A stretch of DNA of 63,211 nt, the filler included, from Choristocarpus tenellus KU-1152 (taxonomy: Eukaryota; Protista; Phaeophyceae): the NCBI GenBank assembly GCA_964200185.2. It is 12 parts of 12 records of this genome, joined end to end, with 100 filler letters (N's around TTAATTAATTAA, not from the genome) between each part and the next. Parts side by side here need not be neighbours in the genome. Positions count along the whole stretch, not along the records: positions 1 to 6,425 come from CAXNAD020008166.1; positions 6,526 to 12,176 come from CAXNAD020010132.1; positions 12,277 to 20,676 come from CAXNAD020004757.1; 9 more parts are not named here. One strand, 5' to 3'. Shown here piece after piece: positions 1-12,487 of the stretch. Within the stretch, counting starts at the first letter, position 1. Each line of letters starts with the position of its first letter. The notes beneath the pieces were generated by a model. The model saw only the letters and a program-made list of their open reading frames with translations. It made no database searches and was not told where the DNA came from. The position numbers were made by a program, and so were the translations under genes.

Positions 1-846
1 GGGGTAGAGGCATAGAAGGCGTGTGCTAATATTGGGGTGTTGGCATTGAGGTTTGGTACAGAGGGGGATGTGTGTGCGAGAAGGAATGAGGCTCGCAGAG
101 ACTACAGAAACCTCAATATATTTGCAGCGAGCACAGTGGAGGTTGTAACGAAGGTGGGTGGGGGGGGGGCAGGGGGTATGATGGCACGAGAGCAGAAAGT
201 TGGAGGGTGCAGTCAAGGGGATAACAAAGGAAAATGTGGTTTCAGACAAGGAGCAGTCCTTGCAAAGACACTTGGTCAATGCCTCTACAGTAGGCTAGAG
301 AAGATCTCCGAACCAAATTTATGCAAGGTCTACCAGTCAGGTGGGATGGTGATATAAATTAGAACAATCTGTTTAAGTTCCACGATATTGGCATTACATG
401 GGGGAAAAGGTAGGGTACAGGAGGCAAATATCACCACCAAAGCAAAAACAAGCCTCAATCAAAACTCAAAATGCTCTCGTTACACATCAATGAGAGTTGC
501 AGTGCTATCCATAGCTTCTAGAATGTCCCCTCCATTTCTCCACAGTGCACACAGATCTTCCACACCCCTACAGCAACAAAAATCCTAAGGGAATGCACAT
601 GAGGCAGAGGCATCTTCTTCCTTTTTCTAGACTCATACCACCAACACGGTAGACTTGTCTTTAGATCCAATCCCCTTTGGCAAGGCTGCCATAGAGAGGC
701 CTCCTTGCCATCACTTCTCAAAAAACAAACAAACGACCAAACCCTCAACACCATACAGATTCTGATCAATGTCCTCACTCGACCTTAACCTTAACCCCAC
801 CTATCTTGGCCCAGCCCTCAACACACACACTACTGAGAGCTCCTAC

Positions 847-3146
847 CTGGTCAGCCTCATCGAAGATAAGGCACTTCATGTTGGTGAGCATCGCCGCCAC
901 TCCATTGTTCTCAAGGTGGTCATTGAGGCGGCCAGGGGTGGCCACAAGTATATCCGGTAGAGTCTCACCACGGAGCTTGCGAAGGTCGGTACTGATGTTG
1001 GTACCACCCACAACACACACAAGGTTCATGTCGTGAAATGTCTGTGGAGTAGGGGGGGACAAGTCACACCTATATGTGGTAAGGTTAGAGAGAGAGAGAG
1101 AAGTACGTACCGTAGTCTCAAGCCGCAGAAAATGTGGCGGGTGCATTGTCTCATCAGGAAAGGTGGTGCGGATCAGCAGACCATGGGGCACACACACGAG
1201 AACATGACATTCAACTCTTGACTTGAAGATCATGTCCTGCAATACCCAACAGTTGTGTTTTGGTGTACAGTAGTAAGTGATTCCTCATTTTTGTACAACA
1301 CAATTTCTTCTGAGCGCCATGTTGTTAGAGTCAAGGGGGGAGGGGCAGGCAACCTCCCACAAGTCATATTGAACTTCGAGGGATAGGAGATATGAAATGA
1401 AACACTGAGTCTACTCCAGTAGAAAAGACTGTATGCCGCCATGAGCGAAGAGGATATAATCACTCCACGACATCCCTTTGAAAAAGTTGACAGCATTCTT
1501 GTCGTCACATGAGGTTGCCGGTTGTCAAAAATTTTACAACCAAGAGGCTCAAACAGGGTGGATGCACACAGTAGTTCAAGTCCAAACCAATTCTTAAAAT
1601 AGTGATAACTTTACAGACCTCAAGCTTATTTCGTCTTGATATTGAGCCCTGCACTACAATATCAAATTGACAAATAAATCTTTCCCACACATCAGTCTTT
1701 AAACAACAATCACATCTCAATTCTAATTTCTTAACATTATTGCAAGCACAATGCCGACGGGTAGCACACAAATGGATTGGTTGGGTTTCAAGTTGCAAGT
1801 CATTCAACCACAAAAAATATCATGAATGTAAGGGACACACACTTCTTATCCCAAAATATTAACCTCTTTGATACAGCAAAAAAAAAGCACGGGGGAGGAA
1901 AGGGTGTATATTTTGATCACAGGCCCTGCCCTCTATGCATATTGTGTGTCCTCAAACACCTCATCCATCAACTCTCCACCCCCTCAGCTACGGATGAGGA
2001 TGGTGTCCGGAAATGGAGAGGAAATGAAAAAAGTGCGCAGCCTCACCAGGAGCAGCACAGATCTCTGAGCAACACGAAAAAATTTCACTACATTGTGGTT
2101 TAAAGGCACCTCCTTGTCAAACCCCCTCAGTCCGAATGCATCCATTTCCTGTGCTGTGTGGTACAGATTACTTTTGGGTGACCAAAACCTCTCACCAAAA
2201 TTTGTTTCGCCTCCTCGGCAATTTGCTGTGCCAGCTCTCGCGTAGGGCTGATGATGAGGACTGAAATACCGGGGCGATGTTGGCGTGGGGTGGAGGCAAC
2301 ACCCTCAATCGCAGGGATTAGGAAGGACAGGGTCTTACCAGTGCCAGTCTTTGCTTTCGCCAGTATGTCCACGCCTTTCGGACGTGTGGCGACCAAAGGG
2401 TAGGTGAATCGGCGGGGGGGGTGTCAGGGAGGCCTTGATTGTGTGCAGTGAATAAAATCCAGCAGGTTATACAATCAACTGGCATGTATATAGTACCCCC
2501 AAGGTAGTGGTGCAATGGTGCGTAAGATATCCGTACTATCAATACAACGGACACTACAAGGAGAAATTTAGATGCCATGTCCCAACTCAGGAGTATGCGA
2601 GAAAAACAAGTGTAATTACCGGATAGAGCACGAGGAATGGCATGGTGTTGGACCTTGGTCATTGTCTCGTAGCACAAAACCTCATTGATAGCTTTTAGCG
2701 TCTCCGGACACAGCGGGAGGCTACTGAACTTGGTTTCCATCATCTGACTCATCGTAGTGGAGGAAGTTCTCGAGTTACGATTGACCCTCATCTTTCCTTG
2801 CGGTGCCATCGACTTGGGAGGAGCTGGAGGATCGTGGACGCCTGCGTGGGTTGTGTGCGCAGGAGGTGTGGGATGGTGATCCGGATTAAACTGGATGGAG
2901 CCGCCATTTCCACCACCCCCTGGAGAAACACCTCTACCCCTCCCACTCTGACGATTTCGTCGCCGCTTTTTCCCTCCTCCTGCTACAGATCGTCCAAAAG
3001 CAACACGGGATTGAACGAGGTCACGCCAATTACAACAGTAGGTCAGATGTGTTAAGTCATCCAGGATTGTACTCATGCAGCTAAAGGGACCCTGTAGACT
3101 CACCTCCTCGACCAATCCCACGGCCACTATCCCCTTGTCCTGACAT
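847..3146 (-). CDS. DEAD-box RNA helicase (Mss116/plant RH25-RH31-like), 5' part; 3' exons lie beyond the window start
   Basis: Phase-consistent GT-AG exons: 3146-3104 (MSGQGDSGRGIGRG), 2982/2979-2620 (Q-motif region FSSLPL...MTKVQ), 2374-2196 (motif I AKAKTGTGKT, Ia SPTRELAQQI), 1041-847 (GG, Ib TPGRL, motif II DEAD). Confidence 0.93.
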
Positions 3147-3439
3147 TGCAGATGTGAACCCCTGCGCCTCAACCGGTCAGAATGGCAAGTACAGTGACCA
3201 ACACCAACTGGAGTCCAGGGGACTGCCATTTGATATATTATCCAAATAAAAGAAACGCCTTCAGTCCATCACAGATCTACAATTTGTTCATTATTTATTT
3301 GTTGTCAGTTTTAACACCCACCCTTACGCGCGGTTACCGCGAGCAGTTTAGGGCACTCCTCCAACAATAACCAATTTATGATATTTGGATAATTGTGTGA
3401 CCTTGTGATCCCTGTGGAAGGGGGACATCTGGTCCGACC
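3147..3439. promoter_or_regulatory. Putative bidirectional promoter between the DEAD-box gene and the secreted-protein gene
   Basis: 293 bp between divergent ATGs at 3146(-) and 3440(+); CpG cluster ACGCGCGGTTACCGCG near 3326-3341. Confidence 0.5.
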
Positions 3440-6303
3440 ATGCCACGCTTCATCTTGGCCTCTGCGGTCTTGCTTCTTTCCCATACCGTAGTTGCAAGTC
3501 CTCTAAATGAGTACTTCTCTCTGGCAGCGGCGGATGCCTACGCCGAAACCGCCTTGACAGCATTGGGAGGTTCTTCCACTCTTTCAGACAAGGATTATGC
3601 CACTCGACTCCTCACCATGATGGGCAAGGGGGTAGCGGCCCTGGGGTTTAAGAGTTCAGGCTGTGCATCCTCTAAGACTGGCTTGTCAAGCGGGGACTTG
3701 GAGCAGATCCACAATGGTGCTAGCCTCCAGGCTAGTTTGGGATGCAACGCAGAGGTGCCTGCGGATGCTGTGGAGCTGGTGCAGGCCGCTCTCCAGGTGC
3801 TTGTTTTTCGGAAAGGGGACAGAGTGTGCTGCCTACATGTTTTCTTTTCTCTGCTCCCGGGGGTTGGCCCATCTTGCACAAAATCTCTACTCGTCTTTCG
3901 TATCCACTGACTTCGAAGAAATACTGGTTGTGTGCAGAGAGATGATCTTTGGAGCATATATCTTGGAACCTTATCGAGTAAGCACCTGGGGTTGGATTTG
4001 GATGGTGAAGGTATGCTGGAAAAGTTGATGGGGCTCCTGCTACCTGATGGATCCGTGAGGTGGGTAGTATCTACCATCTCAGAGTTGGCCGTTTGGCAAA
4101 CAAGCTGCGAGGTAATGTTTTCTAGACCCGAGCGCCGCGAGTTCTCTGCGTAGAGCAGCTAAACATTGCACTGTACAGAAATCTTCGCCCCAAGCTTAGC
4201 TTGTGGCGGGTACGTGATTTATTCTAGATTGTGTTTACTTGGGTCTTGCGTGTTTTGCGGGACTCTGTCCTGGCCCCCATTCGCTAATTCTGTTATTTGC
4301 TACACAACTCTGTCCCTTCTGAACACACCTCTCCTCCTGGATAAGGTCTACTCCGGGGACGACCAGAGCCGACAGGGACGTGGCAATGGTGGCGGAGCTC
4401 CTGGCGGAGCTGGTGCCAGGCTCCCAGTCTGCAACCGCTCTGGCAATGGTGAACTCTTTCAAAGAAAAGCACTTGGATGCCAACCCCACCCTTGTTGCAC
4501 CGCTAAATCTTGCCCGTGGCGATAAAATCAGCCTCAAGCCAACAAGGGTGAGTGATGGATTCTGTTATGAGGCAGGTACAATATGCACTGTAGGCAGAAG
4601 GGGTTGACAACAAGGACAAGAGAATGCAAGGACAGCTGGTGTGTTTCTTCTAAGAAGGCATGTGTTGATGGTGTACACGCCACATACTAAGAGGGAAAAA
4701 CCGAGCCCTATAGGTAGGTTACCTTTTTGAAAATACAGTGGATTAGTCCCTGAAACACTACTTGCGAACTTCTAGGTTTTGATCGACTCAATTCGTTTAA
4801 TCAGCAAATGGTCGTAACTCTTATTAACCCTTCTGTTTGTTCAGTTATTGGGTTAGTTTTTCATTTCATGTACTAAGGCACCGTGAAGAGCTCCCCATCC
4901 CCCATCACAAACATCCAAACCTATGAATCTGCCTGATGCCTGTTGGAGGCGTCAGGTTTGTAGACCTTGGTGATCCCTCTGCCTGGTTGTTGTCCTGCAT
5001 GGTGATGGTGACGAGGAGCTAGGGTTACACTAGATGCAACTCGCAGGGTATGGTATAGTGCACGCCCTACTTGTGCTGATAGGTTGCAGCCACGTCCAAC
5101 AGAGAGGCGAGAGGGTTTCACTAGAGCCTCATTTGAACACTGTGGCGGAAGTTCAGTTGCTGCGGGGGGAGGGGGAGGGGGAGGTGCAAGTCACGAGGAG
5201 AGAGGGCATAAAGCAGTACGCGTGAGTGAAAATCTACTCTTTTGAGGCAGCACTGTGCCTTCCAGTGGGCAATGAGAGAGGTGGCTTCAATGACCCGCTT
5301 AAGTGGTGGCAAGAGAGGGATTCATCGTTCCCATGCTTAACCAACATTGCCTGAGGTGCTCTTTCGGTTCCTGCTTCGGAGGCAGATTCGGAGGGTGTGT
5401 TCTTACCGTGTGGGAATGTTGGTGCAGCAAAGAGAATTAGACCGGGGTTTGGACAACGTTCAACTTCTCATCTTACTGTGTAGCATCTGACTGACTCGCA
5501 TTGGATGCATGCAAAGAGTGCCAGGGAGTTGACTGATACCTGAAGACTGGGGGAATCGATCCAGTGACAGCGGCGTGGAATAGCCGCAATGTTTTTCTGG
5601 AGTTGGAGCTCATCGTACTGGTAGTGCTTGTGGTTCATGGGTACGGCTACCTGTTCCATTTCGATGTGACCATAACTGGCTCTATCAAGTGCGATGTGTA
5701 GAACGGTCTTACGACTTCATTACTGCACTCTCTCTCTATATATATATATATACATGCGTAGTTGTTTTTGTTGATCATACCTGTTTTGAGAATCATGAAA
5801 AATCCCTCCCTGCAACCCCTGAACCATTTACCCTTCAGCCCTCCGGGAAGGACATAGCAAGGGGGCAATATCCCGCCTCAGATATCACAGGAGATTGCGT
5901 TTCTGGCAGCGGTACGAAGTCAAATGTTAAAATACTTTCGTGGCACTGGCAGGGCCTCTCACCGGTCAGGGTGCCTTTTGCCCCTCTAAATAGCGCACCC
6001 CTTGGTTAGCAGCGTGTGTCACGTGCCCCTGCCCTGTTCGCCAACACAATTGGGTCGAATGATGAGTAAAGAAATATGTTCTTTCGGACTGATTTCACCT
6101 TTTTTGTTTTGATAACAGCAATTTCTATTTTTTTTTTAATTGCAGCACGTGCGTTCGTTCATTTGTTCGTGCGTTTGTGCGTGCGAGTGAGCTCACAGTT
6201 TCTTCAAGTGCATAAAGCGCAGGTTCAGACGGAAGCAAAGGGCTGTCTGTCTCGCCGGGAAGCTAATAGTTGTTTTATTACTCAGACCATCGGCAACGAG
6301 AAT
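3440..6303 (+). CDS. Uncharacterised secreted/endomembrane protein, 5' part
   Basis: Signal-peptide-like N-terminus MPRFILASAVLLLSHTVVA. Exons 3440-3796, 3938-4059, 4346-4547 and a tentative 6223-6303 are phase-compatible with GT-AG borders. Truncated by the contig end. Confidence 0.75.
5289..5490 (+). mobile_element. Decayed hAT transposase C-terminal dimerisation domain (intronic)
   Basis: Translates NDPLKWWQERDSSFPCLTNIA*GALSVPASEADSEGVF..GNV..AKRIR, then after a frameshift DNVQLLILL. Matches the hAT dimerisation pattern DPLxWW..FPxL..A..L.xPASxAxSERxFS. Confidence 0.8.
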
Positions 6304-6359
6304 GTTCGATCCAACTTTTTTTTATTCTTACATTGTTCCTAGTCTCCCTGAGACTCCCC

Positions 6360-6395
<36 letters not shown>

Positions 6396-6425
6396 ATTCC
6401 CCCCCCCCCCCCCCTCACCGACCCC

Positions 6426-6525
6426 NNNNNNNNNNNNNNNNNNNNNNNNNNNNNNNNNNNNNNNNNNNNTTAATTAATTAANNNNNNNNNNNNNNNNNNN
6501 NNNNNNNNNNNNNNNNNNNNNNNNN
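6426..6525. other. Artificial contig-join linker (44 N + TTAATTAATTAA + 44 N); identical linkers at 12177-12276, 20677-20776, 24989-25088, 30123-30222, 32835-32934, 39046-39145, 45426-45525, 48663-48762, 52620-52719, 58774-58873
   Basis: Eleven identical 100-nt blocks whose core has stop codons in all six frames. Confidence 0.99.
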
Positions 6526-6587
6526 GCTTTCTTCTGTTCGTTCTGCTTTTCGTTTGGTTTGTTTTTTGTGGGTTCGTGTGGGTTGTT

Positions 6588-6650
<63 letters not shown>

Positions 6651-7399
6651 TGAGTTCGAGGTAGAGAATGCACACCGAATGGTACAACATGCAATAATTA
6701 CACCTGCAGGCAGAAAAATGGTTGAGGTGAGAAACGATCCCCTAAGGTAGGTCTCACCGCCACATGTCAACCAACAGTTCTGTACGATCAGCTCACACAT
6801 ACCCATAAAATCGCGACTTCACACCCTCTGCCCTGCCCACAATGGACAGTAGCAGCTTCAGTGCATTGCAGAGTGCACAACATGTATCAAAAAAGCGGAA
6901 GATACTATTGCAGCTTCGGTGAAAACCCTAACCCTAACCAGAAAAAAATAAAATGAGTAGAACAAAGAGGGGGATGGCACAAACCTCTGAAGAGCAGATT
7001 CAGTAGACCAACGCAAGGTGTTACGCAGTGCACACAGGAAAAAATTAAGTGTAAGGAAGGCAGATGCCACATGTTAAAAAAAAAATCAGCTTTACCGTCA
7101 TGCACATAGTTTTTCTTAAATTGTGGAGCTAATTTATTGGAGATGTCTCTGAAAGTCAGATGAGATGAGAGGGAAAGGTTCAACAATGTCATCTCCATTG
7201 TCTAACTTTGTGCGCAAGTTGTGTGACATTAGCTTAATTACGTTGAGGGGTGTGGCACAAAAAGAGGATCACACTTGCTGCAAATATTTTAAGTCTCGTG
7301 GAGCGTAGCATACCTTAAAACTACACATTAGTCCTCACAGAATGACTCGAGAGTGCTGTCTCAGTGGCATGGAGTCGAGAGAAGAGAATGTGGTGTTGC

Positions 7400-8560
7400 A
7401 AAAATCAATTTTCAAGAATAGGGAAACAGTCATGTACGTCTTTAGAGTCTCTGGCATCAACACCCCATCGACAACCCCTTTACAGCATCGACGCCCTGAA
7501 TTATTACCTAGCGCCATCTCAAGCCGTGAACACCTGGTTGTAATTTGGGAAAGCGAAAGATACGTGCTGTGCGAGCATCCTTACCAAGCGGTGGGACAGG
7601 CTTTTTGTGTTTATTCTGTACTACACAGCCTCAGAGACCAACACGGAGAGTCAGAGTCTGTGCAAGGTGTAACGGACGAAGGTATACCAGCACAAGAAAA
7701 TCTATCAAACCATCTACAGGCGATCTAAGACCTATCACACCTTTTTTCTCCAAAAAGCCCTGCATTGCGCTTGATGGGAGGACAACACACGGACAGTTTT
7801 GAGCTTCTCCACAAGCCTAAGACCGCCAACAGCCGAGCCCACGTCGCTCCTGTCCTTTCCACCAGGTTACCCACACTAGTTCTGTGGTATTTTTTCGACT
7901 GTATTCAAGGGGTAGGGTATCAAGGAGATCATTATGACCCTCTCGTTCTGTAGGACTCTCTGATCAAGCCAAGAGATGCACCCTTCGGAACAGGGAGACC
8001 CCAGAAACGAACCAGTGACAGTAGGTCGTTACCGCCACGAGAAACGCCCTCTTCACATCCATTAATATGTGCACGGCATGATTCTTGAAGGGATACTGGG
8101 CAGCAGGTCATTCAATCCATTCAGTACAATCGTGGACCTCAAAAGAGGACACCAACAAAAAAGTACTCTATCGGAACCATGTATTGTGGGACAAAACTCA
8201 CCAGAGCAGTACCTTCACAAAGAAAGAATTACACGATAGATGAGTCCAACCTCTGCCTTCTGTGGGTGGTGTGATGAACCCACGAAGTCGCACGTGTCCT
8301 TCCCTCTTAAGGGATTCACCTTTCCCTTCAGATAGCAATGGTGAACTTTTCACAACAGTCAAACTTTTGTTTTCTTTTTTGTTCGGTCTCACATACCAGA
8401 ATACGGGCGAAGAGTGTGGGCCTCGACCTGTCAGGGAGTTCTATAGTGATCGTAAACGAGAGGATTAGTTTGGGACAATAATTTTCTGTTTCCTTGGATT
8501 TTTATTGGTCATATCTCGCACTTTTCGGTGTTAGTGATGGGGCTTAGTTTTAATAATATT
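7400..8560 (+). mobile_element. Highly degraded L1/Tx1-like LINE ORF2 3' remnant
   Basis: Fragments VIW/GKRKIRAVRASLPSGGTGFL (post-RT 'P..GGLG' motif) and SPTSAFCGWCDEPTKSHVSF (decayed CCHC-type knuckle); many stops and frameshifts. Confidence 0.4.
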
Positions 8561-8689
8561 AGGGAGGGTTTGTCGTACCCACCTACAATTCTGGTATCCT
8601 TAAATCTTTGTAAATAAATGGAATACATCACTATATATCTAACCAGTCATGATACGCCCTCAATATTTCCCTCGTTCATTATATTAGTA

Positions 8690-9515
8690 TTTTCAAATAT
8701 CTAGACATTCTTCAAGACAACAAGTTCAAGAGCCATTGTATGGAGCCTTTGAGTCAACGGTCTGGTTCTCACTCCTCATTATACACGAGAACAGTGGAAG
8801 TCATTGGACTGTGTAATCCTATACATTCTATTAGTATAAGTAAATCCCACATACTCTTTAAGATATCCAAATCAAGAGTCATCGTACGAACGTACAACCT
8901 CCTCATCTATGATCTCTACACTCCCCACCCACACTTTTTTACAAGACTGCACACATTCTCATACCTTAGACTTCAACACAACATAACACAATCAAGAGTC
9001 ATAATACGAAGCATTTCCTCACTCCTCATCTCTCCCCTCAACGCTCACGATATAACACAATAACCTCTTCCCTTTTGTGCAACCATATACTTCCATATTG
9101 TTATTCAAATGCCTACACATATTTTATTACACATTCATTGTTGACGGCAACAAAAATACATTGTTCATCGCCCATTGTCCCGTTCGCCCGTTGTGATATG
9201 ATACAGCAACCCCATAAGTTGAGTAATCCTGTATAATTTAAACTAGTATGTTCAAATGCCAACACATTCTTCAAGGCAACGAATCAGAACTCGATTGTAC
9301 AAATCATGCTCTCATCACTCGCCTCGACGCTCCCTACCTGTGATACAAGACGGCAACCCTATAGGATGTGCAAAACTATACTAAATACTAGTATGGTCAA
9401 ATGTCTATAGATTTAGCATAAAAATTGAAAAGACTGTACAAAGTCATGTCCTCATCTCTCGTTTCACCACTCGCTGCTTGTGATACAAGACGACAACTCC
9501 TTGGGCTGTGCAATA
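8690..9515. repeat. Degenerate ~145-147-bp tandem repeat (second cluster at 11290-11480)
   Basis: Core (T)CAAATG..A(C/G)A(C/T)ATTCTT(C/A)AA recurs near 8695, 8842, 9107, 9254, 9399 and 11303, 11448; mostly 145-147 bp spacing. Confidence 0.7.
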
Positions 9516-10004
9516 TAAAAAATTGTAAAATAGCCTTAATTTTGTGCGAATGAGAATTCTTAGGGGTAGAAAGTATAAATCAGATGGCGTCCTGACGAAG
9601 AAAAAGAAAAAGTAGGGATGGTGGACGAAAAGTTAAAGATCGATTGCTCAAAGACAGGCTTGATAGTCTAAACACATGTTAGGGTGGTGCTGAGAAGCAG
9701 AACCTATCTATGGAGGGTAATACAAAGAAAAGAGCAGAGCGAAAGGTCTTGGAAAGGACTAGGGGGAAGCCTCAACACAACTCCTGAGCAATCTTTCCCA
9801 CCCATCCCCTACTCTCTTGAATGCTCAAGGATTAAGTGGGGTGTGTTTGGGGTTGGGCGAGGTCATGCTCGAGCGAGGTATACATCTTGTAGTTCAAAGG
9901 CACAGCATGGGAGAGTTTTGGATGATGATGGGGTGTTCTTGGAGTATTCTCGGTGTGTAATGGAGGAATGTGGATTGTCATGTATGGAGGTGGATGGTGT
10001 TGGG

Positions 10005-10725
10005 AGGATTGGTGTGGGAGTGGAAATGAGTAAATCAGTCTCATTGGCGTGTGAGCGGATACCATTGACGGAAATTGGTCACATTGGTCGGTAAGATTGT
10101 ACAAGTGATGGGAAATTTTTCACAGAGGTATGTGAGTGGATATCATACGCAGAAATTGGCTGGATTTGGTGCGGATAACATACCCGAAGCACAGAGATTG
10201 ACTACATTGGAGTGTGAGTGGATATTATTGGCGGAAACTGGTCCCAGAGATTAAACCACTAAGAGGTAGGCAGGTTTGTACCATTTTGTATTCTAAGTCA
10301 TCTTTCTTACCCTGTGCCATACATTATACTTCATTGCTTTATGTGCGCAATAGTGTACGAAAAAAATATATTCCCCCTTTCCACACACAAAGTGACACTG
10401 CAATTCAGCAAAGGCTCTCTCTGCAATATTGTACAAAATGGCGACTTTTACCCCTTCTCGGGATCCTTAAAATGCAGTCCTCCCTATCTCTCAATTGGAT
10501 TGGCTCTGCATTTTCTGTAAGCGGATACCAGGGGCAGAACTTGACCACATTAGTGTGTAAGTGGAGGTACCATACACGACAATTGGTCACAATGGTGTGT
10601 GAGTGGAAACATTTGGCGGAAATGGCCTGTGCGAAAACGGCGAATTGGTCTGTGAGTGTATACGAGTGGCAGAAAATGACCGCACTGGTGTATGTATGAG
10701 TGGATACATGGAAATTGGCCACTAT
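10005..10725. repeat. Degenerate ~40-bp minisatellite interrupted by a family-C MITE
   Basis: Recurrent CATTGGYGTGTGAGTGGA...GAAATTGGTCA motif on both sides of 10247-10506. Confidence 0.6.
10247..10506. mobile_element. MITE family C (~260 bp)
   Basis: Homologous to 28210-28474 (reverse orientation) and 57419-57681; imperfect TIRs GAG..AAACCA..AGAGGTAGG; TSD not preserved. Confidence 0.75.
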
Positions 10726-11593
10726 GTTGAGGTGATAATATGGTGGTGGTTTGATGTCGGTGTGGTATAGAGGAAGTGGTGTAGCGTCAGTGGATGAGGA
10801 GTGGATGTGAGGTTAAAAGAGTAGGGAATTATTATTATTATTATTATTGTTGTTGTGAGGGACAGGTCTCTTTCTTTGGATCTCCCACACACACATTTCG
10901 TGGATAAGACGCGCAAATCCATATGCGCACACCAACCACGTCATTGAACTTGCCCATATCGACCAGTCCACAAAACCAGACACACCAACAAGATCCAGAC
11001 TTGACCAAACAGTGAAAATGACTGTCAGAACGAAGATCCATTCCGATCCAGACTTACCCATTTTCGTGCTGTGACCTTGCTCAGTCATTCTAATGTTTCG
11101 GTTCTGTTCGGATTTTCCTCAACAGACGTTGGGATCCTGGGGGAAGGAAGACCTGTGAAACTCGATCTCTCCATCTAAGGTGGAAAAGTTCAGTCTGGTT
11201 ATTGCGATTGTCCTCTTTTCCACAGAGCTTGTGCACCTTGACACTTCCATATTGTTCAAATTCATTAAGGAAAACTAACCTAAACTCCATATTACTACCT
11301 TCAAATGCTAACACATTCTTCAAAACGACAAAGTCAACAGTCATTGTACGAAACAATGACCTCGTCACCAAATTGACACTCCCTATTCATCATTTAAGAA
11401 TGCAACCTGTTATCTTATGTAATACCATACTTCATAGTAATATCTTCAAATGGCTAGATATTCTTAAAGATAATTAGATCGAGAGTGGTTGGATCAAGTC
11501 ACCGTCTTACCCATTGCTACCCACCTCTTGAATGAAAACTTAACCTCCTTCTCTATATTCAAAACTCTACATTTTCTTAAAGATAAACGTGTA

Positions 11594-11918
11594 TGAATAA
11601 ACAGTACAGTAGTTTTGATATATCCAAGTAATACCTTTCAGAACATAAAAATGTTCTTATATTAAGATATGAAATGCGTCTTTTTATCTTCTACATGTAG
11701 CGATATGAACAAACAGCAGAGTACTTTCAATACATCAAAGTATTACATTTCAGAACATAAAAATGCTCTAATATTAAGATATGAAATGTGTCTTTTTATC
11801 TTCTACATATAGCGATATGAACAAACAGTACGGTAATTTCAATACATCAAAGTAATACCTTTCAGAACATAAAATGCCCTAATATTCTTAATATGAAATG
11901 TGTTTCTATATTTTCTAC
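11594..11918. repeat. 112-bp tandem repeat, about 3 copies
   Basis: TTCAGAACATAAAA at 11637, 11749 and 11861 (exact 112-bp period); units visibly highly similar. Confidence 0.92.
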
Positions 11919-11944
11919 AAAAAAGTAATCTCGATTAAAACAGA

Positions 11945-12150
11945 TATCTCTCACAACACAAGTGGGTTTATCAAGATGCCATGTCATGTGTTTAAAGCTG
12001 GAGACACCAGGGAGATGGGCAAGGTGGTGTGGGGCTAAGCTAGGTTGGAGGCATAGGAGGCGAGTGGTGTAGCATAACTGGTCGTCAAATAGAAAATAGA
12101 TTGGAAATATCTTCACATTTTGTGAGAGCCATCTTCCAAAAAAGGTATAC
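11945..12150 (+). mobile_element. 5'-truncated 3' fragment of the CRE-like LINE seen at 48105-48662
   Basis: Shares TGTCATGYGTTTWAAGCTGGAGACA..GTGGTGTGGGGYTAAGCTAGGTTGGAGGC..GTCAAATAG..AAGGTATACC with 48360-48662. Confidence 0.7.
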
Positions 12151-12487
12151 CTTGAAGGGGGGGAGTATCTGGGGGGNNNNNNNNNNNNNNNNNNNNNNNN
12201 NNNNNNNNNNNNNNNNNNNNTTAATTAATTAANNNNNNNNNNNNNNNNNNNNNNNNNNNNNNNNNNNNNNNNNNNNATCTCCTCCCAAATACTTTGGGTC
12301 TTTTTCTCATTGGAAGGCATGCCCTAACCCTATCAGGCATAATTCTCCCGGATGTGTATTGGCATGTTTGGGCGGGATTGGGCTAGAGACAGATGTATAG
12401 TACCCAGAACATTGTGCTGATGGATGAGCTTTCTGACGTTGGTTGCATTTATCTAATTTCCCAAACTCGAACCTTGATGATATACAG

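Noticed and set aside
6355-6650. Poly-Pro and poly-Gly ORFs
   Set aside because: Translations of C/G homopolymers at low-quality contig ends.
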